From positions 56,103-120,102 of the forward strand of contig JAFTPJ010000003.1 in the NCBI GenBank assembly GCA_017463405.1: a stretch of 64,000 bases of DNA, read 5' to 3'. Under the pieces are notes generated by a model. That model worked only from the letters and a program-made list of their open reading frames with translations. It had not been told where the DNA came from and did not search any database. The translations under genes and the position numbers were made by a program. The DNA comes from Clostridia bacterium (lineage in GTDB: Bacteria > Bacillota > Clostridia > Oscillospirales > CAG-272). Positions within the stretch are counted from its first letter, which is position 1, and each line of letters begins with the position of its first letter. Shown piece by piece: positions 44,496 to 51,518 of this stretch.

Positions 44496-46696
44496 ATATT
44501 TCTTTCCTCGCTTCGTTTAATAAACAATTCCTGCTTTTCTCGACTCATTTTTACAAAATATTCGTTCCACCCACAGACACGTACTTGAAGCGTAGAGTAT
44601 TTGTTCGGCTCATTCAAAGCGTTTTTCAGCGTTTCTGCGCTGACTACGTTTCCTTGAACGGCAAATCCGCCTTGCGCGAAGAAGATTTTGATCAGAGAGC
44701 AGAAGTCCTCAAGCCCCTTGTCACCTTCGATTGCGGAAGGATGAAGGGTGAAATCCAAAATTGCCGAATTGAGAAAAGCAGCCGAATTGATCTTTAATAC
44801 CGATTGCATATAAGCTGTAATGCCGCCTCGATCCATACCGAGCGTTGCACACAGGTTCCTTGAAACGGGCTCTCCCGACCTTCTACCGTCGGGTGTCGCC
44901 ACCGTGCGCACTCCTCGCCAAATGCATTGATCGATAGAGTCGAGGCCGATTCGCAGACGTCTGCTGTGCGCAAACTGTTTTCCTGTGTATTTTTCTTCGA
45001 TATGCGCGGTGATCGCAGTCATAATGGAATCCGGCAGAGGCAACCCGTTTCCGTATTTATCCTTATCGCAAAGCACCCTCTGCCTTAAATCCTCGCGACC
45101 CTCCCAATTCTTCGCCAGGATCTCCCTGAATTCCTCCAAAGAGATTGATCCCTCGTCAAAAACAAGCTTTTTGATTGCCACAAGAGAATCAACCACCGTG
45201 GCAAGCCCAAACAATTTTATTGCCAAATTATTATATTTGAGTGGGTATTCGTGAACGTCCAGTCCGTTCTCTATACATTCGGGAAAGCTCGCGGAATATA
45301 TGGGGGACGGATTTATCTCTGTATTGTAAATGCTCTGCTTTTCGGCAAAGTGGAGGGCAAAATCAACGGCATAGTCCATTTGAGAAAAATAGGTTTCCAA
45401 AAAATCCTCAAAGCACTCAAAATCAGTCTTGCTTTGATAACCGATCTGCTTTCCCGTCAGAATGTCCACGCCGCCGTTTAAAGCGAATTCGATAAATTTG
45501 GCGGCGTTGATCCACGCCACGCCTACCTCACCCTCTTCTTTTCCCATGATGATTGGCTCATAGCAACCGAGGACGACGTAATCGGCGGCATCCTCTCTCG
45601 GTACGTCCAGCTTTTCATATCCGGCAAATACCGCCGCGTCGTTCAGAATACAAATGCTGTTGTGTCCGCTTCTGATCATAGAGAGGGCTTTTTGAAATAA
45701 TTCCTTATTAATATTTTTGTGATAACGGATATGGATTTTCGGATCGTAGATCTTCAATTCGTCATACACGTCGAGGATCAGGTGCGAGAGCATATTGGTG
45801 CGGTCCTTGCCGCTTTTGTCGCAGCCGCAAAGTGTGAAGGGCTGTTCGGCAAATCGCTTTGTGGCGGTGAAATGTAAGAAGAAATACCGGAAAAGTTCTT
45901 TTATTTCGTCGATGCTTTTTCCGTTTTCCAAATCACGCAATACAAACGGGAGATATAATTGGTCAATGGGGCCAAGCGTTCTTGCACGCTCGCAGCCGAT
46001 TTCCTCAACGTAAAGATAAAGCACAGAGAAAAGCATAACTTCATACAGCGTTTGCGGTGGAGTTTTGGTAAGATTCCGCAGTGCTGCCGAGAAATCCGAG
46101 ACGTCAAAGTGCAAGGAATACTCATATACGCGCTCGATGAATCTCAAGATTGCCTTAAAACGGAGAATGACGGAATCAAGAAAGACCAGACGCCTGCTTT
46201 CTGCATGGTCATTTTTCAAGAGTTCTTTCTTGGATTTCTTTGCTTTTTCAAGAATCCCCGAAAAACCGTTTTCCAAAAGAAAATTCCAGTTGGGGACTGT
46301 GTGCCAAAAATCAACCCAGACGGTAGTAAGCCCCACGGAATCACCCTCTAACATTCGGTTGTAATCCCTGGGTAGCTCCCGCTTTAGAATTTTATGCCGT
46401 TGCTTTTGAAACAGCTCTTTATCGTAAATATCGGTGCTCGCGAAACCCGTATAGTCTACGCCAATATTCATTTTGACGGAAAAGGGGGTGTGCTCATTGA
46501 TCTGCAGCTGAACGTTGTCAAGAAGGTATGCATACGCTTTTGCGCATATCATAGGACGCGGCTCTTCTGAATCGCCATTTTGAAATGCTTGCAACCCGAG
46601 CGATAGTTGCTCCGGCGTCAGCCCTGTGCTTTGATCCCATACCGCTTCCTCAAATTCGTTCTCAATGTATTTTCGGTTGCATTCAAAAGTGTTCAT
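44492..46696 (-). CDS. Glycyl radical enzyme 2 (PFL2 type, short, function unknown; paralogous to, but highly diverged from, GRE 1)
   Basis: ORF track 44492..46708. The start is probably ATG 46696 (MNTFECN), which has a GGAGG RBS. The Cys loop is VVLGCYEPII (Cys codon 45565..45563, Glu 45559..45557). The glycyl-radical fingerprint is LQVRVCGWNEYF (Gly codon 44572..44570). Confidence 0.85.
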   Translation of the reverse strand: MNTFECNRKYIENEFEEAVWDQSTGLTPEQLSLGLQAFQNGDSEEPRPMICAKAYAYLLDNVQLQINEHTPFSVKMNIGVDYTGFASTDIYDKELFQKQRHKILKRELPRDYNRMLEGDSVGLTTVWVDFWHTVPNWNFLLENGFSGILEKAKKSKKELLKNDHAESRRLVFLDSVILRFKAILRFIERVYEYSLHFDVSDFSAALRNLTKTPPQTLYEVMLFSVLYLYVEEIGCERARTLGPIDQLYLPFVLRDLENGKSIDEIKELFRYFFLHFTATKRFAEQPFTLCGCDKSGKDRTNMLSHLILDVYDELKIYDPKIHIRYHKNINKELFQKALSMIRSGHNSICILNDAAVFAGYEKLDVPREDAADYVVLGCYEPIIMGKEEGEVGVAWINAAKFIEFALNGGVDILTGKQIGYQSKTDFECFEDFLETYFSQMDYAVDFALHFAEKQSIYNTEINPSPIYSASFPECIENGLDVHEYPLKYNNLAIKLFGLATVVDSLVAIKKLVFDEGSISLEEFREILAKNWEGREDLRQRVLCDKDKYGNGLPLPDSIMTAITAHIEEKYTGKQFAHSRRLRIGLDSIDQCIWRGVRTVATPDGRRSGEPVSRNLCATLGMDRGGITAYMQSVLKINSAAFLNSAILDFTLHPSAIEGDKGLEDFCSLIKIFFAQGGFAVQGNVVSAETLKNALNEPNKYSTLQVRVCGWNEYFVKMSREKQELFIKRSEERNI

Positions 46697-46721
46697 GGGC
46701 ACCTCCATATGGTTTTTCTTT

Positions 46722-46750
46722 ATTATAGTACCGAACGACAGTTGCGTAAA
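46722..46750 (-). promoter_or_regulatory. Putative promoter of the GRE2-activase operon
   Basis: The reverse complement reads TTTACG-caactgtcgttcggtac(17)-TATAAT, about 25 nt upstream of the ATG. Confidence 0.45.
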
Positions 46751-46790
46751 TACACAAAATGATCATTATGGATTTTTCGCTCATTTTTTG

Positions 46791-46819
46791 TTGACATTTT
46801 TTTATGAATATGGTATACT
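46791..46819 (+). promoter_or_regulatory. Putative promoter of the divergent AraC gene
   Basis: TTGACA-tttttttatgaatatgg(17)-TATACT, about 25 nt upstream of ATG 46846. Confidence 0.55.
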
Positions 46820-46845
46820 GTAAGCGAATAAGAGAGGTGGCTTTT

Positions 46846-47607
46846 ATGGAACGTGATCTTGTTATTGAAAAGGTGTGTTCGGTATTTGAGGGAGTGTTCA
46901 ATGTGGGATATATTCCGAGGGATAAGTCGCGGCACAGTGACGCGTTTGTTCTTTATACCAAGGGAGAGGCGGACTATATTTTTTCGGAGCAAGTGGCGAC
47001 CGTTAAGGTGGGAAATCTGCTTTATTTGCCGAAAAACAGCATGTATAATATTGATGTTAAGCAAAAAAGTAAGTTTATTTGTATTGATTTTTGTTTTTCC
47101 CCATCCGATGCGGAAATGCGTAGCTTCGTTTCCCAAAAGGTCGGTATAAATATCCAAGGTGATTTTGCCCGTGCCCTTCATAACTGGATGAAAAATGACA
47201 TCTCCCGTTTGCCGAAATTCTATGCGATCCTGTATGATATCTACGGAGCGATCCTTGATGCCGAAAACAATAAATATACCAATTCCGGCGGTATTTTTTC
47301 AAGAGCAATTGATATCATTTTGCAAAACTACAGTGACGCGGATTTTTCCGTCAATGATCTTTGCGAGCAGCTTGGGCTCTCTTCCGCGCACGTGCGAAGA
47401 ATTTTTATGGAAAATGCTCACGTTTCTCCCGTGAAATATCTCAATTACTTACGATGTGAGCAGGCAAAAAATCTGTTGCTCACCTCCAACCTTTCCATTA
47501 AGGAGATCTCGGAGTCCATCGGCTTTTCTGATCCGTTATACTTTAGCCGAGCATTCAAAAAAAGCGTCGGGATATCGCCCTTGGAATATAGAAAAAATAA
47601 TGCATAA
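46846..47607 (+). CDS. AraC-family transcriptional regulator, divergent from GRE cassette 2
   Basis: ORF track 46804..47607. I trimmed the start to ATG 46846 (MERDLVIEKV), which has a GAGAGGTGG RBS. The C-terminal HTH is ...SSAHVRRIFMENAHVSPVKYLNYLRCEQAKNLLLTSNLSIKEISESIGFSDPLYFSRAFKKSVGISPLEYR. Confidence 0.85.
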   Translation: MERDLVIEKVCSVFEGVFNVGYIPRDKSRHSDAFVLYTKGEADYIFSEQVATVKVGNLLYLPKNSMYNIDVKQKSKFICIDFCFSPSDAEMRSFVSQKVGINIQGDFARALHNWMKNDISRLPKFYAILYDIYGAILDAENNKYTNSGGIFSRAIDIILQNYSDADFSVNDLCEQLGLSSAHVRRIFMENAHVSPVKYLNYLRCEQAKNLLLTSNLSIKEISESIGFSDPLYFSRAFKKSVGISPLEYRKNNA

Positions 47608-47612
47608 GAAAA

Positions 47613-47652
47613 GGCAATATCAAACCGATTTTAAGGTCGGAATGATATTGCC
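47613..47652. terminator. Bidirectional terminator hairpin, member 'e' of the GGCAATATCA family (start of direct-repeat copy 2)
   Basis: aaaaGGCAATATCAaaCCGAttttaaggTCGGaaTGATATTGCCttt, located between the AraC (+) and spoIVB (-) ends. Confidence 0.65.
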
Positions 47653-47661
47653 TTTGTGCTT

Positions 47662-48813
47662 TCACCGCGCCATCATTGGCATATTGACCAGCATATTTTC
47701 GAGGAAGATGCCGTAGCCCGTGGTCGGGTCGTTGATGAGCACGTGGGTGACCGCGCCGACTAATTTGCCGTTTTGGATGATGGGGGAACCTGACATTCCC
47801 TGCACAATCCCGCCCGTAACGGCGAGCAGATCGGGGTCTGTTACGGTGACCGTATAGCATTTGGAGCCCTTGGCGTCGCGATTAATATTGGAAATTTTCA
47901 CGTCGTATTTTTCCGTTTTGTTGGAATCGAGTGTGCAGAGGATATAGGCGTCGCCCTCCTCAATCTCGTCGCGAAGTCCCACGGGCATCGGGTCGAGTGT
48001 GCACTCGGGAACCTCGGAAAACATTCCCCAGACGCCGCAGGTCGAGTTTCCGAGGAGTGCGCCGACCTTACCTGCATTGAAATAGCCCTTCAATTCTCCC
48101 GGAGCGCCCGACGCGCCCTTGACCACCGAGGAGATTGTTACGTCCGATACCGTGCCGCGCTTCATGGAGATCAGCGATCCAGTGTCGGCGTCGCAGATGC
48201 CGTGACCGAGTCCCGCGAAGGCACCCGTGTCGGGCAGGATAAAGGTGACGGTTCCGATCCCCGCGCCGCTGTCGCGTACCCAAATACCGGTTTTATAGCG
48301 GGCTTCTGCGTTACAGTAGACGGGGGTGAGCTGTGTTTCAAATTCGCGCTTGCCACGGCGGCAGAGCAGGGTCAGCTCCCGTCCTCCGCATGCTTCGATG
48401 CGGTCGGTCAGATCGTTGGCGCTTGTCAACGCGATACCGTCCACCTTCAGGATCATATCCTTTGGACGAAGCCCTGCGACGGTTGCGGGGTTGACGCTCC
48501 CATGCTCGGTTTCTACATCACAGAATCCAACCACCGTTACACCTTCGGTATAAAATTTAACGCCGAACGGCATTCCGCCCGGATAAACATTGAGATCCTG
48601 CAGAGACTCGGGAGCGAGCGTGGGAGATGTGATTGTCAGTGGCTGTGTGTTTGAAACGGTGGAGATGAGCGAGGTGGGGGCTGTGAATTGATTGCTCATG
48701 GCAAAAGCGATCTCCTTTTCGGGTGTTCCCGCCGAAATGGGTACCGCAAGCGAGTATGTGGTACAGACCATCAGCAGGAAGCAGCACAGGAGCTTCCAAA
48801 TTCGTTTTCTCAT
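47662..48813 (-). CDS. spoIVB: SpoIVB stage IV sporulation signalling serine peptidase (S55)
   Basis: 383 aa. It has an N-terminal signal/anchor, a PDZ-like segment, the catalytic His in FAGLGHGICD and the catalytic Ser in GMSGSPIIQNGKLVGAVTHV. Confidence 0.85.
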   Translation of the reverse strand: MRKRIWKLLCCFLLMVCTTYSLAVPISAGTPEKEIAFAMSNQFTAPTSLISTVSNTQPLTITSPTLAPESLQDLNVYPGGMPFGVKFYTEGVTVVGFCDVETEHGSVNPATVAGLRPKDMILKVDGIALTSANDLTDRIEACGGRELTLLCRRGKREFETQLTPVYCNAEARYKTGIWVRDSGAGIGTVTFILPDTGAFAGLGHGICDADTGSLISMKRGTVSDVTISSVVKGASGAPGELKGYFNAGKVGALLGNSTCGVWGMFSEVPECTLDPMPVGLRDEIEEGDAYILCTLDSNKTEKYDVKISNINRDAKGSKCYTVTVTDPDLLAVTGGIVQGMSGSPIIQNGKLVGAVTHVLINDPTTGYGIFLENMLVNMPMMAR

Positions 48814-49089
48814 AGTTTTTACCTTTCTTTATACAGCGGGCAAACGGAGGTGGCAGTTGGCGGATGCGGTATGGAGGAATGCGTTTTACTGTGGCTTGTC
48901 TCCGTGCGCCGGATTTTTTTCGGTTGGCAATTGGAAGCGGCAGACTGTAATATCGTCCGCCGCTTTGTTTGCTGATACTAATGTGCGCTGCTCTCCGTGT
49001 TTTCATGTGTAACAATGATAACCATGAAATCCTTTTGAAAGGCAATTGATTAGTTTATCAATAAATTACTTTTTGTTCACAAAAAGTTG

Positions 49090-49118
49090 TTGAAATCGAA
49101 ATAGCTTTTACATATAAT
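49090..49118 (+). promoter_or_regulatory. Putative promoter of the MarR-ABC exporter operon, followed by a 10-bp palindrome
   Basis: TTGAAA-tcgaaatagcttttaca(17)-TATAAT. The perfect palindrome AAACTAGTTT at 49127..49136 lies between -10 and the RBS. Confidence 0.5.
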
Positions 49119-49155
49119 TTATTTGTAAACTAGTTTTGAGGAGGGAGAGAAGGAG

Positions 49156-49647
49156 ATGGAACAGAATCGCAAGGATGGGGATATGAAATGCAAGTGCAGA
49201 TTTTCCCCTACACCGCCGATGCTAGTCAATGAAATATCAAGGCTGTTTCAAGCACGGATGCGACAATATGATCTGTCGGGTGTGATGTCGCAGGACAGTG
49301 CGCGGTTGATGATGCGTGCACTTTCTCGCGAGGACGGTGTCAGTCAATTGCATTTGACAAGCGTGACGCATCTGAAGGCGCCGACAGTCAGTGTTACCCT
49401 GAAAAAGATGGAGGAGGAGGGACTTGTCCGCCGCGAGCAGGATAAGCTCGATCTGCGCATGACGCGTGTGTATCTGACAGAACGAGGAAAGGAACACAAT
49501 CGGGGTGTTTGGGACAGATTGCAGGAGCTGGATGCTACGCTGATGAAAAATTTTACCGCCGAGGAGACCGAGCAGATGAGGAAGCTTCTGGAACGAATGC
49601 GTGATAATATTTTGTCCTCCGAGAAGGGAAAGAATACAGAAAATTGA
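49156..49647 (+). CDS. MarR-family transcriptional regulator
   Basis: 163 aa. The winged-helix core is ...LSREDGVSQLHLTSVTHLKAPTVSVTLKKMEEEGLVRREQDKLDLRMTRVYLTERG. Confidence 0.8.
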   Translation: MEQNRKDGDMKCKCRFSPTPPMLVNEISRLFQARMRQYDLSGVMSQDSARLMMRALSREDGVSQLHLTSVTHLKAPTVSVTLKKMEEEGLVRREQDKLDLRMTRVYLTERGKEHNRGVWDRLQELDATLMKNFTAEETEQMRKLLERMRDNILSSEKGKNTEN

Positions 49648-49697
49648 AAAAACGAACACGGAAAACAAATAGAATATTTACCGATGGAGGAAAAATT

Positions 49698-51518
49698 TTG
49701 AAAAGAACCTTGAAATCTTACATCAAGCCCTATCTGTTTCTTGCGATCATCTCGCCGATCATGATGATGTGCGAGGTGCTGGCAGACCTGTGCCTGCCGT
49801 TTCTGATGTCCTTTATCGTGGACTATGGCATCTTGGAAAACGGCTTGCAGGCGATCCGTGAGGACGGTGGATTTGCGTATTGGGTGATGACGTTGCTGTT
49901 CGATGAGCAATTTGATCAGCTGCACATTATCCTGACATTTGGAATTATGATGCTTCTGATCACATTGATCGGCGGATTTTTCGGCACTTTTTGCGCCTAC
50001 ACATCGGCGCGCGCGGCACAGAGCTTCGGGCACGATTTGCGCCGTGACGCATACCGCCGCGTGATGTCCTTGTCGATCGAGCAGACCGATCGCTTTACAA
50101 CGGGCTCTCTTGTGACGCGTATGACCAACGACGTATCGATGGTTGTGGAATTTGTGGAGATGATTACCCGTCATTTCGTTCGCGCGCCTATGTTCTTTGT
50201 GGGAGGCACGGTGATGCTTCTGATGCTCAACGTCAACTTCGGCGTGATCCTGTTGTGTGCACTTCCGATTCTTGCGCTGACCATCTTTTTGGTGCTCCGA
50301 CGTGCGATTCCGATGTATTCGGTGATCCAGAAAAAGCTGGACAGTGTCAACTCCGTCGTGCAAGAAAACGTCAGCGGTGCGCGCGTCGTCAAAGCGTATG
50401 TATGCGAGGATTTTGAAAATGAACGCTTTGCCAATGCAAACGACGAGCTTTGTTCGGTCAACTACCGCGTGCTCAAGCTGATGGCAATCGTGACTCCCGT
50501 GCTGCATATCGTGCAGAACGGGGCGGTCATTGCGCTGTTGTATATCGGTGCGATTGATCTGAATGCGGGATTTGGCGGGATGAGCACGGGTACGGTTATG
50601 GCGGGTGTCACCTATATTACGCAAGTTGTCAACTCGATCATGATGGCGACTATGATGTTTCAATCTATCTCCCGTGCGATGGCTTCGGGCAAGCGCGTGC
50701 GCGAGGTACTGCATACCGAGCCCGTGATTGTCAGAGGTGACCGTGTGGGCGTTGAGACGCCGATCGCGATCTCGATGAAAAACGTCGGCTTCCGTTATCC
50801 TGGAACGGTGGGAAGCCCCGTGCTTCACAATATCAATCTGGAGGTCAGGCGCGGTGAGACGCTTGCCGTGATCGGCGCGACGGGCTGCGGAAAGACCTCG
50901 CTCGTCAATCTGATCCCGCGTTTTTATGATGCGTCGGAGGGATGCGTGGAGATCGACGGAGTGCCGATCGGGGAGCTTGACATGAATGTGCTTCGCAAGA
51001 AGATCGGGTACGTTTTGCAAAAGAGCGAGCTATTCTCGGATACGGTTGCAAACAACATCCGTTGGGGCGATCCCGATGCGAGCGAGGAGGATATCCGAAA
51101 TGCCGCACGCATCGCACAGGCGGACGGATTTATTACCGGCTTCAACGAAGGTTACGACACTTTTATTGCGGAGAAGGGGGCGTCTTTGTCGGGGGGACAG
51201 AAGCAGCGTATTTCCATTGCACGTGCACTGACGCGCAAGCCCGAAATCCTGATTTTCGACGATTCGACCTCCGCGCTTGATCTTGCTACCGAGGCGAGAT
51301 TGCAGAAGGCTTTGCGTGAGAATCTGAAAGATACCACGGTGATTATGATCGCACAGCGGATTGCCAGTGTCAAGAACGCGGATCGCATTGCGGTGTTGGA
51401 AAACGGTACGATCACAGAGTGCGCGCCGCATGAGGAATTGATGCGCATCAGTGAGACGTATCGCGAAATTTACGCGTCGCAGATGAAGCAGAGCGAGGAA
51501 GGAGGGGTGAGAGCATGA
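49698..51518 (+). CDS. ABC exporter, fused permease/ATPase (type I exporter half-transporter A)
   Basis: ORF track 49644..51518. The likely TTG start at 49698 has a GGAGG RBS 8 nt upstream. Six TM helices are followed by Walker A GATGCGKTS, signature LSGGQKQR and Walker B ILIFDD. Confidence 0.85.
   Translation: MKRTLKSYIKPYLFLAIISPIMMMCEVLADLCLPFLMSFIVDYGILENGLQAIREDGGFAYWVMTLLFDEQFDQLHIILTFGIMMLLITLIGGFFGTFCAYTSARAAQSFGHDLRRDAYRRVMSLSIEQTDRFTTGSLVTRMTNDVSMVVEFVEMITRHFVRAPMFFVGGTVMLLMLNVNFGVILLCALPILALTIFLVLRRAIPMYSVIQKKLDSVNSVVQENVSGARVVKAYVCEDFENERFANANDELCSVNYRVLKLMAIVTPVLHIVQNGAVIALLYIGAIDLNAGFGGMSTGTVMAGVTYITQVVNSIMMATMMFQSISRAMASGKRVREVLHTEPVIVRGDRVGVETPIAISMKNVGFRYPGTVGSPVLHNINLEVRRGETLAVIGATGCGKTSLVNLIPRFYDASEGCVEIDGVPIGELDMNVLRKKIGYVLQKSELFSDTVANNIRWGDPDASEEDIRNAARIAQADGFITGFNEGYDTFIAEKGASLSGGQKQRISIARALTRKPEILIFDDSTSALDLATEARLQKALRENLKDTTVIMIAQRIASVKNADRIAVLENGTITECAPHEELMRISETYREIYASQMKQSEEGGVRA

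Noticed and set aside
36919-47800. A search for integrase, transposase, recombinase or tRNA attachment sites that would make the GRE island a classical mobile element.
   Set aside because: None of the ORFs in or around the island has recombinase-like motifs, and no tRNA gene is present. The only boundary signals are terminator hairpins and the spoIVB-tail direct repeat. I therefore report an island or insertion scar, not a mobile element.
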